Below, one piece after another: positions 36,543-45,180 of a stretch of 64,000 bases of DNA (position 1 is its first letter; every line of letters begins with the position of its first letter). Source of the DNA: an archaeon (GTDB lineage Archaea > Nanobdellota > Nanobdellia > Pacearchaeales > UBA284); assembly GCA_020343435.1 (NCBI GenBank), contig CP070794.1, positions 583,712 to 647,711 of the forward strand. The letters run 5' to 3'. Made by a program: the position numbers and the translations under genes. The notes beneath the pieces were generated by a model. That model was not told the origin of the DNA. It did not search any database and worked only from the letters and a program-made list of their open reading frames with translations.

Positions 36543-37522
36543 TGTAGTATTTTAACAATCTCAAAATTTTTCTTTTTAGTTTTCTTAGATTCCCTTAGTG
36601 GATAAGTAAATATAATTGGTCGTTTAACAGAGCCTTGGACAGAACCTCTAATCAAAAGATATGTTGTATTAACGTTCCCATAACCTTTGAATCCTTTAAC
36701 ATTCTTATGTAACTCTTCTCCTAATCCAAAATCTAATATTTTTTTATTATAAGATTGTCTTGTGAACATTCCTAATTGTCCTGCTTGTGGAGCTCTGAAA
36801 GTTACTCTTGAAGGATTCCATGGAGCAAGACTCCCTGGTCTTCTTCTCCCTTTTTCAGATTTGTGATCTTTTAATCCAATTCCAAATCTTTTTACTGGTC
36901 CTACAAACCCTTTTCCTTTAGTTAAAGCTTTAACATCTACCAAAGATCCTTTTTCAAAGAAGTTTCTAAATTCTAATTCTTTTCCTAGATTAGCTTTAAC
37001 AAATTCAAACTTTTCTTTTATTGATCCTCCTAATCCTATTTCTGCAAAATCAGGAGTTTTCTTCTTTTTAGTTTTCTTAGCAACAGTATGAATAATTATT
37101 CTAAGATCATCAAACTCTTCTAATCTTTTTTCAAAATCATCTAATTTTTTGCCTTCTTTTTTCTTAGGAACTTTTAATTTCTTTTTTAATTCTTTATCTA
37201 AGTTTGGGGCTAAAACTTCAGTAGAAACATTAAAACCTTTATCATCTTTTTTATAAAATCTCACAGAAATAATTTTTATTGGAGGAACTTCAACAACTGT
37301 GGTGGGGATAATAATCTGTCTATTTTTTGTTAAAGAATCAGCAGTTAAATCACGAGCAAGAACTCTTAACATACCGACACGATAACCAACAAATCCCAAA
37401 AGTTTTTTATCAGAATGTTTTTGTTCTAAGGGAATCCAGTTCACGCTAGGTAAAAGTTTAGAAGCTCTTTTTCTTGGCCAAATCTGCAAACTTCCTGCTC
37501 TTGGCTTGTGTATCTTTCCCAT
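36539..37522 (-). CDS. rpl3: Ribosomal protein uL3
   Basis: It carries 'HKPRAGSLQIWPRKRA' and 'TKGKGFVGPVKRFG'. It is the first gene of the operon. Confidence 0.95.
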   Translation of the reverse strand: MGKIHKPRAGSLQIWPRKRASKLLPSVNWIPLEQKHSDKKLLGFVGYRVGMLRVLARDLTADSLTKNRQIIIPTTVVEVPPIKIISVRFYKKDDKGFNVSTEVLAPNLDKELKKKLKVPKKKEGKKLDDFEKRLEEFDDLRIIIHTVAKKTKKKKTPDFAEIGLGGSIKEKFEFVKANLGKELEFRNFFEKGSLVDVKALTKGKGFVGPVKRFGIGLKDHKSEKGRRRPGSLAPWNPSRVTFRAPQAGQLGMFTRQSYNKKILDFGLGEELHKNVKGFKGYGNVNTTYLLIRGSVQGSVKRPIIFTYPLRESKKTKKKNFEIVKILQ

Positions 37523-37615
37523 TTCTTATCTTTGTTTTTCCTTTTAATAGCATTCTTCCACCCGTACCTTGAACCTTAGAATACCGAGTAAAAATTGATT
37601 TATAAACCTTGCTGT

Positions 37616-38194
37616 TTAACTAGAAATCTTCAGAAATTCTTCTAAAAGTACTGGTAATTCTTTAGTTCCAACTTCTTCATTAAAGTGACCTCCCCCATGT
37701 TTTATGATTACTTTGGCCCCTAATTTTTCTTTGAAAAGTTCAGAATCTGAGAGGGGAATGTAAGGATCATCATCCGAGAAAATACATATAATCTTTTGAG
37801 TATGTTTTAGGACCTTTTCAAAACCTATTGGAGTTTCCAACCATGGCCTGGCGATTTCTTCATAACCTTCTTCCTCAAAAGAAGCTTCAGTTAAATTAAA
37901 CCATGGCGCTACAAAAACACAACCACCAATCCTAATATCTTCAGAAAGTTTTTCTAGAAATCTTAAAACTGTTTGACATCCTATTGAATGCGCAATAAAA
38001 TAAGTGTTCTTATCAGGAGTTCCAACAACTTCTTCTAATTTAGATAACCAAGCTTCAATTACAGGTTCATCAGTCTCTGGCATTTCTGGCACAGTAACTT
38101 CAAATCCTTTAGATTCTAGTTCTTTTTTTATCCAAGGCAACCATTCTGTTTCTGGAGTCCCTTCCCAACCATGAATCACAATAACTTTTTTCAT
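37616..38194 (-). CDS. Alpha/beta-fold serine hydrolase (YdeN/RBBP9-like)
   Basis: It carries 'VIVIHGWEGTPE', a nucleophile elbow 'AHSIGC' and a C-terminal 'GGHFN'. Confidence 0.65.
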   Translation of the reverse strand: MKKVIVIHGWEGTPETEWLPWIKKELESKGFEVTVPEMPETDEPVIEAWLSKLEEVVGTPDKNTYFIAHSIGCQTVLRFLEKLSEDIRIGGCVFVAPWFNLTEASFEEEGYEEIARPWLETPIGFEKVLKHTQKIICIFSDDDPYIPLSDSELFKEKLGAKVIIKHGGGHFNEEVGTKELPVLLEEFLKISS

Positions 38195-38195
38195 T

Positions 38196-38855
38196 TTAAG
38201 CTACAAAATCAGATTCTTTATCTGATTTTTTACCATCAATTTCAAGTTTTCTGATAATTTTTCCTTTTCTTTTTGCTAGAATTCTTATTTTAGCAAAATC
38301 TTTTTCCCCTTTTGGCATAATAATCTCTGTTATTTCAAATGTATGTCTTGACTTTGCTTTTTTAAAATCGAGAATATCCCAAAAGAAAACCCGTTTCGCT
38401 TTATCTTTATATTTTAAGTCAAGATCTAAAACAGAGAAATTTTCTCCCAATTCATCTTTTCCTGGTTTGGGTAATCGTTGTCCAATCTTTAGTTTAATAC
38501 CCTCTGCCTCACAATTTAATAGAGGAAAATAACATTTTTCAAGAATATCTTTAATTTCTTTACTACTTAATTCTTTATCTAAAGAATATTCATAAACCCT
38601 CCCTTTTTTCTCATTTTCTAAATTAAGTTTATTCCTTGATAAAACCTTCCCTTTAACTTTAACTTTATCAACCAAATCAATAATAAATTCAATTAAATCG
38701 AAAGTCATATCAAAACTAGTGACAAGTCTAACTTTGGAAGGAGTTATTCTCATTGTAACAATTGCTCTACCATTAAAAGTCCCCTTTCCAAATTTAGTAA
38801 ACTGATTATGCACAGATTCATCAACCCTATTTTCAAATATTTTTTTGATAAACAT
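38196..38855 (-). CDS. Hypothetical protein
   Basis: The protein is 219 aa counted from ATG 38855 (MFIKKIFENR). The first 14 codons of the track ORF overlap the tRNA-Val gene and are discarded. I recognise no family motif. Confidence 0.5.
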   Translation of the reverse strand: MFIKKIFENRVDESVHNQFTKFGKGTFNGRAIVTMRITPSKVRLVTSFDMTFDLIEFIIDLVDKVKVKGKVLSRNKLNLENEKKGRVYEYSLDKELSSKEIKDILEKCYFPLLNCEAEGIKLKIGQRLPKPGKDELGENFSVLDLDLKYKDKAKRVFFWDILDFKKAKSRHTFEITEIIMPKGEKDFAKIRILAKRKGKIIRKLEIDGKKSDKESDFVA

Positions 38856-38863
38856 CTTCCTAA

Positions 38864-38936
38864 TGGGCCTGGCTGGGATTGAACCAGCGACCTCCACCTT
38901 GTAAGGGTGGCGTCATAACCACTAGACCACAGGCCC
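38864..38936 (-). tRNA. tRNA-Val (anticodon UAC)
   Basis: Hand-folded cloverleaf: GGGCCTG/CAGGCCC acceptor, anticodon arm CCACC-CTTACAA-GGTGG and T-arm GCTGG-TTCAATC-CCAGC. It is 73 nt with no encoded CCA and no intron. Confidence 0.9.
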
Positions 38937-38959
38937 TCAAACTGAAGACAGCGTAAAAC

Positions 38960-38967
38960 TTTAAAAA
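38960..38967. promoter_or_regulatory. BRE/TATA-like box shared by tRNA-Val (minus) and the 38989 ORF (plus)
   Basis: On the minus strand 'GAAAGC-TTTTTAAA' ends 23 nt before tRNA nucleotide 1. The same A/T box read on the plus strand lies 21-22 nt before ATG 38989. Confidence 0.5.
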
Positions 38968-38988
38968 GCTTTCTTGCTCTTTTCAACC

Positions 38989-40818
38989 ATGCCAAAATCA
39001 AAGAAACAGGACATTCCAAATAATGCTTATAATGGAGTTATTCCCCAAAAAGCCCCAAATTTAAAGGACTTAGAACAACAAATTCCAGAAGAAGTTAAGA
39101 AAGAAATAGAAAAAACAAGGCAAAAATTACAACAAGTTAAAAAACAACTACTCAAAAAATTCTCTTATATTGATACTGTGAGTATTCTTCCTCCATGGGC
39201 TGCTAGAGACATTGAAGAAGATGAAAACATAGTAAAAGAAAATCCTAAAGAAAATTATGTTCATTTACTAATTCTTTTACCAGATGATAAATTTAAAGAA
39301 ATTAACAATGTTAAAGCAGAAGCTATAAAACTTGTTAAAGATTTTGCCCCAAAGATATGGGTTTCTGTAAGAACTCGTGCAAGTGTTTGGGATTGTTGTT
39401 TAGATGGAAAATACCCTTTAGTTGATGGTATTGCTTTATCTTTCCCTTTACATGATAAAGAAGGATTTTTAGCATCATTGAGATTAGCAACAATTCATAA
39501 AAGAATGTGTTTAGGTAAGTTTGAGAGATATGTAACAAGTTATGTTATTGCAGGATCTCTTGTAAGAGGAAATGCTAAGAAAACATCTGATGTTGATGTC
39601 TATATTGTTATTGATGATACTGATGTTAAAAGAATGTCTCGTTATGAACTAAGAGATAAATTAAGAGCAATTATCTGGAATTATGCTATCCAAGCTGGAG
39701 AAGAAGCTGGAATTAAAAACAAACTTAATGTTCAGATCTATATTTTAACTGATTTTTGGGAAGCTGTAAAAGATGCTCACCCAGTTATATTTACATTAAT
39801 CAGAGACGGAGTTCCACTTTTTGATAAAGGAGCATTCATGCCTTGGAAATTATTATTAAAGATGGGAAAAATTAAACCATCTCCTGAAGCAATTGATCTT
39901 TTCATGAGTATGGGTGAAAAAGTTTCTGAAAATGTTAAAAGAAAATTAACAGATATAGTATTAGAAGATATTTGGTGGGGAGTAATAACCCCAAGCCAAG
40001 CTGTTTTAATGTTATATGGGCTAGCTCCACCAACACACAAGGAAACTGCAAAAGTGATGAGAGATGTTTTAGTAAAAAAAGAAAAGTTACTAGAGGAAAA
40101 ATATGTTAAAATTTTAGAAAAAATTGTTAAAACTTACTCTACATATGAACACGATTTTGCTTATAGAGTCACAGGAAAACAAATTGATGAATTCTTAGCA
40201 GATGTTACAGATTATATTGCTAGATTAAAAAAATTAATGAAACAAATTGAAGAAAAAATAGCTGATAAAAATGTTAAAGAACAATTCAAACAAGTTTTAG
40301 ATTTAATTACCCATATAACTGGAAAAGTCCCTAAAACCAAAATAGCAGAGAAATTCAAAAAAGAATTAATAGATAAGAAAAAGATTGCACCAAGAAATCT
40401 AAGATTATTGCAAGAAATCAACGAAGTTGTTAAGAAAAGTATTGCTAAAAAAGCAACCAAACATGATTTAGCAAGATTAAGAAGATCAACTTATGAATTA
40501 TCTTCAGCATTATTAGAATATATTCAAAGAAAGGAGCATCTTGCTGTTCAAAAAAGTAAAACAGATATTGTTTATATCACAAAAGTAAATGGAAAGAATG
40601 TTAAAAAACAAGGACAATTATTTATATTCGACAAAGCAGCTTTTGTAATCCCCGATATTAATCAAAGCGAAATTAAAAAAATCGTTGGAAAATCAGTCAC
40701 AAACTCTGATCAAACAGAACTTAAGAAATATCTGGCAAAACCAACTTACAAAAAGATAACTCCAGAGTTGATTTCTGCTCTCAAAAACCTTTTTAAAGAG
40801 TTCGAGATTATCTTCTAA
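38989..40818 (+). CDS. Large Pol-beta-superfamily nucleotidyltransferase-domain protein with helical (HEPN-like) C-terminal region
   Basis: 'AGSLVRGNAKKTSDVDVYIVIDD' is the GS-x10-DxD NTase signature. Long helical/coiled-coil regions follow. The start is set at ATG 38989 (MPKSKKQ), not the non-ATG track start. Confidence 0.55.
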   Translation: MPKSKKQDIPNNAYNGVIPQKAPNLKDLEQQIPEEVKKEIEKTRQKLQQVKKQLLKKFSYIDTVSILPPWAARDIEEDENIVKENPKENYVHLLILLPDDKFKEINNVKAEAIKLVKDFAPKIWVSVRTRASVWDCCLDGKYPLVDGIALSFPLHDKEGFLASLRLATIHKRMCLGKFERYVTSYVIAGSLVRGNAKKTSDVDVYIVIDDTDVKRMSRYELRDKLRAIIWNYAIQAGEEAGIKNKLNVQIYILTDFWEAVKDAHPVIFTLIRDGVPLFDKGAFMPWKLLLKMGKIKPSPEAIDLFMSMGEKVSENVKRKLTDIVLEDIWWGVITPSQAVLMLYGLAPPTHKETAKVMRDVLVKKEKLLEEKYVKILEKIVKTYSTYEHDFAYRVTGKQIDEFLADVTDYIARLKKLMKQIEEKIADKNVKEQFKQVLDLITHITGKVPKTKIAEKFKKELIDKKKIAPRNLRLLQEINEVVKKSIAKKATKHDLARLRRSTYELSSALLEYIQRKEHLAVQKSKTDIVYITKVNGKNVKKQGQLFIFDKAAFVIPDINQSEIKKIVGKSVTNSDQTELKKYLAKPTYKKITPELISALKNLFKEFEIIF

Positions 40819-40819
40819 A

Positions 40820-41074
40820 ATGAAAGGAATAGTTAGATCTTTTAGATCAGGAAAAAAAACACAAAAGCCTAGGCACTTTATTATAGAGGTAGAAAGCGTA
40901 AAAGATTTGAAAAAAGCAAAGACTTTTGTGGGCAAAGAAGTAACTTGGAAATCTCCAAAAGGAAAGGAGATCAAAGGAAAGATCACATCTACCCATGGTC
41001 AATTTAAATTAAGAGCTGTTTTTAATCCTGGATTACCAGGGCAAGCAATAAACACAACTGTTGAAATAAAATGA
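40820..41074 (+). CDS. rpl35ae: Ribosomal protein eL33 (L35Ae)
   Basis: The 84-aa protein carries 'GKEVTWKSPKGKEIKGKITSTHG...RAVFNPGLPGQA', matching the L35Ae pattern. Confidence 0.8.
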   Translation: MKGIVRSFRSGKKTQKPRHFIIEVESVKDLKKAKTFVGKEVTWKSPKGKEIKGKITSTHGQFKLRAVFNPGLPGQAINTTVEIK

Positions 41075-41724
41075 AAATAAAACTATTAGTCCAAGCAGGA
41101 GCAATGAAACCAGGTCCAGCTCTAAGTCAAAAACTGGGTCCTTTGGGAGTAAATATGGGGAAAGTAATCTCCCAAGTTAATGCTGCAACTAAAGATAACA
41201 AAGGAATGAAAGTTCCTGTAATCCTTAATATTGATGGAAAAACCAAAAGTATCTCAACAGAGGTTTTAACACCTCCAGCAGCTGAATTATTGAAAAAAGA
41301 AATTGGAATCAAAAAAGCTTCTCCATTAGCTAGAAAATTAAAAGTAGCTAATATCCCCCTAGAAATGGTGATTAAAGTAGCTAAAATCAAAGAGAAAGAT
41401 ATGTTAGTTCATGGTTTAAAATCTGCTGTTAAAACTGTTCTAGGATCATGTGTTGCTTTGGGAGCATTAGTAGAAAGCAAAGAACCTTCTGAGATCATGG
41501 GAGAAGTTGATCAAGGAAAATTTGATGATATAATCAATAAAGGGTCTGAACAAGCTTCTCCTGAAAAGCTTAAGAAATTAGCTGAAGATTTTGAAGAAGT
41601 TAAGAAAGAACAAGTAAAAATAGAGAAAGAGATAGCTGAAAAGAAAGCTAAAGCAGAAGAAGCAAAAGCAGCTGGCTCAGAACCAGCAGCTGAAAAAAAA
41701 GAGGAGCCGAAACCTTCTAAATAA
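41071..41724 (+). CDS. rpl11: Ribosomal protein uL11 with about 60-aa charged C-terminal extension
   Basis: It carries 'VQAGAMKPGPALSQKLGPLGVNMGKV'. The extension is '...KEQVKIEKEIAEKKAKAEEAKAAGSEPAAEKKEEPKPSK'. Confidence 0.88.
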   Translation: MKIKLLVQAGAMKPGPALSQKLGPLGVNMGKVISQVNAATKDNKGMKVPVILNIDGKTKSISTEVLTPPAAELLKKEIGIKKASPLARKLKVANIPLEMVIKVAKIKEKDMLVHGLKSAVKTVLGSCVALGALVESKEPSEIMGEVDQGKFDDIINKGSEQASPEKLKKLAEDFEEVKKEQVKIEKEIAEKKAKAEEAKAAGSEPAAEKKEEPKPSK

Positions 41725-41726
41725 AC

Positions 41727-41734
41727 CTTTTAAA
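41727..41734 (+). promoter_or_regulatory. TATA-like box for tRNA-Pro
   Basis: 'CTTTTAAA' ends 23 nt before tRNA nucleotide 1. Confidence 0.45.
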
Positions 41735-41757
41735 CCAATAATCCTTTAATTTTCTAC

Positions 41758-41832
41758 GGGGCTGTGGTGTAGCTTGGTCTAGCATTTAAGGTTTGGGACC
41801 TTACGACCCCGGTTCAAATCCGGGCAGCCCCA
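41758..41832 (+). tRNA. tRNA-Pro (anticodon UGG)
   Basis: Hand-folded: GGGGCTG/CAGCCCC acceptor, anticodon arm TAAGG-TTTGGGA-CCTTA and T-arm CCCGG-TTCAAAT-CCGGG. It is 75 nt with no CCA. Confidence 0.9.
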
Positions 41833-41841
41833 TGTTGAAAA

Positions 41842-42453
41842 ATGCCAGTATTAATCAATTTCAAGATTTGCGATAATGCAAAAGAATGTGGAGGAATCAC
41901 AGCTTGCAAAAGCGGAGCTATCTACTGGGACAAGGAAAAGAAAACAATTGCTATAGATAACTCAAAATGCACCGGATGTGGTGAATGTGTTAAAGAATGC
42001 CCTGTTGGAGCTATTAGATTAGCTAAAACAGATGAAGAATATGAAAGAATTAAGAAAGAAATAGAAGAAGATCCAAGAAAAACATCTGACTTATTTGTAG
42101 ATAGATATGGAGCACAACCAATTCACGATTACTACTTAACAACTAGTGAGAATTTTGATTCTGAAGTTGTACAATCAAATAAACTAACCGTGGCAGAATT
42201 ATTCAACGATGATTCTATACAATGTTTATTAGACTCAATTCCAATCAAAGATCTATTTGAAGGAATAGATATTAAGTACAAAAAAGTAGAATTAAAAGAT
42301 AATTCTTTGCTAGAAAAATATGAAATTAAAGAACTTCCATCCCTATTATTTTTCAAAGATGGCAAGCTCTTAGGCAGAATAGAAGGGTACAAAGAAACTA
42401 AAGATAAAGAGGCTGTTAAACAAGAAATCAAGGAAATTACATCTAAATCCTAA
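41842..42453 (+). CDS. 4Fe-4S ferredoxin-domain / thioredoxin-fold fusion protein
   Basis: The N-terminus has 'CTGCGECVKECPVGAI' plus additional Cys residues. The C-terminal 'ELPSLLFFKDGKLLGRIEG' is a thioredoxin-fold signature, but no CxxC is present. Confidence 0.55.
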   Translation: MPVLINFKICDNAKECGGITACKSGAIYWDKEKKTIAIDNSKCTGCGECVKECPVGAIRLAKTDEEYERIKKEIEEDPRKTSDLFVDRYGAQPIHDYYLTTSENFDSEVVQSNKLTVAELFNDDSIQCLLDSIPIKDLFEGIDIKYKKVELKDNSLLEKYEIKELPSLLFFKDGKLLGRIEGYKETKDKEAVKQEIKEITSKS

Positions 42454-42484
42454 CCTTTATAAACTATCTTTTGATCAAGACAAC

Positions 42485-42703
42485 ATGGCAAGGACAAAAA
42501 AGACAAAATCAACAGGCCGATTCGGTCCAAGATATGGTGTAAGAGTAAAAGGAAGATTAAAGGCAATAGAATCAAAACAAAGAAAAACTCAAAAATGCCC
42601 TTTCTGTAAGAAAAAAACAGTAAAAAGATTAGCAAAAGGAATATGGTCTTGTAACTCATGCAAAAGAAAATTCACAGGAGATGCTTATTTCCTAAACATT
42701 TAA
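42485..42703 (+). CDS. rpl37ae: Ribosomal protein eL43 (L37Ae)
   Basis: It carries 'GRFGPRYGVRVK' and a zinc ribbon 'CPFCKKK...CNSCKRKFTG'. Confidence 0.9.
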   Translation: MARTKKTKSTGRFGPRYGVRVKGRLKAIESKQRKTQKCPFCKKKTVKRLAKGIWSCNSCKRKFTGDAYFLNI

Positions 42704-42727
42704 AAAATTTAAACAGATAATTAAAAA

Positions 42728-42865
42728 ATGGTTGTATACAAATGCTTTTTTTGTGGAAAACAAATCTCAGATAAAGTCCTAAAAACAAGGTTTTCTTGTC
42801 CATATTGTGGTGCAAAGGTTTTCTTCAAACCAAGAAAAGCAATTAAAAAGGTAAAAGCAATTTAA
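42728..42865 (+). CDS. rpoP: DNA-directed RNA polymerase subunit P (Rpo12/RpoP)
   Basis: This 45-aa ORF is below the track cutoff: MVVYKCFFCGKQISDKVLKTRFSCPYCGAKVFFKPRKAIKKVKAI. It has a CxxC...CxxC zinc ribbon and sits in the conserved eL43-RpoP-prefoldin beta neighbourhood. Confidence 0.8.
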   Translation: MVVYKCFFCGKQISDKVLKTRFSCPYCGAKVFFKPRKAIKKVKAI

Positions 42866-42866
42866 A

Positions 42867-43199
42867 ATGACAATTCAAAATCCTATGGAACAACTACAAC
42901 TTGCTGAACAAAACATGCAAAATATCACATTGCAAAAACAAGTATTCCAAATGGAGCTAGTTGAGACAAATAATGCACTAGAAGAACTAAAAAATGTGAA
43001 AAATGAGGAAGTTTTCAAAGTTGTTGGTTCAGTTATGGTTAAAACAGATAAAAAAAAGGTTACAGAAGACTTAAAAAAGAAGTCTCAAGTCCTAGATTTG
43101 AGGATGAAGGCTCTAGAAAAGCAAGAAGAAGATCTAAAACAAAAAATTATCAAGATAAGGTCGGAAATATTGAAGAAAACAAAGGTTGAAAAAAAGTAA
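42867..43199 (+). CDS. pfdB: Prefoldin beta subunit
   Basis: The 110-aa protein has two coiled coils flanking a single hairpin (VFKVVGSVMVKTDK). Confidence 0.75.
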   Translation: MTIQNPMEQLQLAEQNMQNITLQKQVFQMELVETNNALEELKNVKNEEVFKVVGSVMVKTDKKKVTEDLKKKSQVLDLRMKALEKQEEDLKQKIIKIRSEILKKTKVEKK

Positions 43200-43239
43200 C
43201 AAAAAGTTTATAAAGTGGGAGGGATTAAGACAATTTAAG

Positions 43240-43611
43240 ATGCCATTTTTCAAAAAAATTTTCGGATCAGAAAAGACACCAGAGACAGCTGAATATATTG
43301 AAATAGAGACTGGAAGAGACACAAAAAAAGGCAAAATTATATTAAAACCATTTGTTCTTAAAACATTTGAAGACACTAGCAAAGTATTAGATATCTTAAG
43401 AGAAGGATATGCTATAGCTTTGATTGATATCAAACCTTTGAAAAACAAGGATGTTGTTGAACTTAAAAGAGCAATAGCAAAACTCAAGAAAACAGTAGAT
43501 GCTTTAGAAGGAAGCATAGCTGGTTTTGGAGATAATGTTATTGTAGCAACACCTTCTTTTGTAGAGATCTCACGTGGTGGACCAATTCCAGCACCAAAAG
43601 AAGAGAAATAA
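43240..43611 (+). CDS. sepF: Cell-division protein SepF homologue (DUF552)
   Basis: The N-terminal 'MPFFKKIFG' is an amphipathic membrane-targeting-like peptide. The core is 'LKTFEDTSKVLDILREGYAIALIDIKPL...ALEGSIAGFGDNVIVATP'. The start is set at ATG 43240. Confidence 0.7.
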   Translation: MPFFKKIFGSEKTPETAEYIEIETGRDTKKGKIILKPFVLKTFEDTSKVLDILREGYAIALIDIKPLKNKDVVELKRAIAKLKKTVDALEGSIAGFGDNVIVATPSFVEISRGGPIPAPKEEK

Positions 43612-43615
43612 GCAG

Positions 43616-44278
43616 ATGAAAGTTCTTTTTGTCCCTACACAGAGCAATGTTTCTATCTCAGATTCTATTATTCAGAAAATATCTAGAAAACTTCCTAAAA
43701 AAATAGGGATTATATCTACAATTCAATTCTCCTACTTGATTAATCAATTTAGATCTGTTTTGAGAAGAGAAGGAAAATCTGTTTTTGTAGACAAAAAAGG
43801 ATTAATTCTTGGTTGTGATGTTAAATCAGGACTAACTTTACAAAATAAAGTAGATGTTTATCTTTACATTGGTTCTGGTAGGTTTCATACTCTTGCTTTG
43901 GCATTAGAATTGAAAAATCAAAAACCAATATTCATCTTTAATCCTTCAACACTGGATTTTTATGAATTTAATTGGGATGAAGTTAAAAAAATTAAACAAA
44001 AACAAAAAGCAGCTCATGTTAAATTCTTATCAGAAGATAAAATTGGGATTATTGTATCTACAAAATCAGGACAAAATAATTTATCAGAAGCTTTTAATCT
44101 AAAAAAACAATTTGAAAAAAAGAAAAAGAAATCTTATATCTTTTTAACAGATAATTTTGACCTTAATCAACTAGAAAACTTTCCAGAAATTAAGTCATGG
44201 GTTAACACAGCTTGCCCAGGTTTATCTCGAGAAAATCCCTCTTTAATCTTAGACTTTAGAAACATTAAAAAAGGGTGA
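43616..44278 (+). CDS. dph2: Dph2-like 2-(3-amino-3-carboxypropyl)histidine synthase, N-terminally short form
   Basis: It carries 'LGCDV', 'YIGSGRFHTLALA', 'KIGIIVSTKSGQ' and 'VNTACPGLS'. It aligns to roughly the C-terminal two thirds of archaeal Dph2 (about 340 aa). The start is at ATG 43616. Confidence 0.65.
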   Translation: MKVLFVPTQSNVSISDSIIQKISRKLPKKIGIISTIQFSYLINQFRSVLRREGKSVFVDKKGLILGCDVKSGLTLQNKVDVYLYIGSGRFHTLALALELKNQKPIFIFNPSTLDFYEFNWDEVKKIKQKQKAAHVKFLSEDKIGIIVSTKSGQNNLSEAFNLKKQFEKKKKKSYIFLTDNFDLNQLENFPEIKSWVNTACPGLSRENPSLILDFRNIKKG

Positions 44279-44293
44279 TCTTTTCTTTCATAG

Positions 44294-45169
44294 ATGCCTA
44301 AGAAGTCTGATAAGAAACTTAAGGAAAAAATCAAAAAGGCTGATGTATCACGGTCTGGAGGAATCTTTTATAGAACTGAAAGAAAAATAATTGAAAACTG
44401 GGTGAAAAAATTTCCCTTATTCTTAACTCCAGATAGATTAACTGCAATCTCTATTATTTCTGCTGCATTAATTGGTCTATGTTTTTATCTAACAAATTTT
44501 AGCAAAATTTGGCTCCTATTTGTTTGTTTATTTCTATTCACCAATTGGATTGGGGATAGTTTTGACGGAGAAGTTGCAAGATACAGAAAGATTCAGAGAC
44601 CAAGATATGGTTATTATATAGATCATGTTTTAGACGCTTTTGTATTTGTATTCATGATTGTGGGATTGGGATTATCTCCTTATCTGAGTATGACTCTTGC
44701 TTTAGCTTTAGTTATATGTTTCTTACTACTCAATGTTATGACTTCTATAGCAGCATATACTCAAGCAAGTTATAGAATTGGATATGGTGGATTAGGAGGG
44801 ACAGAAGGAAGGATAGTATTCTTTGTATTTAGTTTAATTCTATTCTTTTTCATACCTGCGAGTGGAACCATCTTTTTCCTAGGAGCTACAGCATTCACTT
44901 TCCTAGATCTTATAGCTCTCATATGTCTGGGACTCTTCACTTACATGATCATCATAGGATTTGTTGTTAATATTAGACACTTTAATAAAGTCGATAAGAA
45001 AACATATAAGGAAATGACTATAGCTGAAGCTTTTGATAAATTAGAGTTCATACAAAACTTGAGGAAAAGTGATGTTGGAAAATTCCTGAGTGGAGAATAT
45101 ATAGAACAAGAAATTAAGAAATTTACAGATAGTTTCAATGGAACCCCTCCTAAAAAGAAGAAATCTTAA
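44294..45169 (+). CDS. CDP-alcohol phosphatidyltransferase family protein (copy 1)
   Basis: It carries 'DSFDGEVARY...GYYIDHVLD' (a DGxxAR...GxxxDxxxD-type motif) and is a polytopic membrane protein. Confidence 0.75.
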   Translation: MPKKSDKKLKEKIKKADVSRSGGIFYRTERKIIENWVKKFPLFLTPDRLTAISIISAALIGLCFYLTNFSKIWLLFVCLFLFTNWIGDSFDGEVARYRKIQRPRYGYYIDHVLDAFVFVFMIVGLGLSPYLSMTLALALVICFLLLNVMTSIAAYTQASYRIGYGGLGGTEGRIVFFVFSLILFFFIPASGTIFFLGATAFTFLDLIALICLGLFTYMIIIGFVVNIRHFNKVDKKTYKEMTIAEAFDKLEFIQNLRKSDVGKFLSGEYIEQEIKKFTDSFNGTPPKKKKS

Positions 45170-45180
45170 TTTTCAAGAAG

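Noticed and set aside
37523-37615. Possible structured 5' leader or autoregulatory element upstream of uL3 (TATA-like TTTATAAA at 37599-37606, about 77 nt from the ATG)
   Set aside because: The longer-than-usual spacing is real. I could not find a convincing stem-loop or r-protein binding mimic by eye, so the feature is left uncalled.
38750-39019. 89-aa minus-strand ORF, and the first 14 codons of ORF 38196-38897
   Set aside because: They run straight through the tRNA-Val gene (38864-38936) and its promoter. The downstream ATG at 38855 gives a sensible start for the real CDS.
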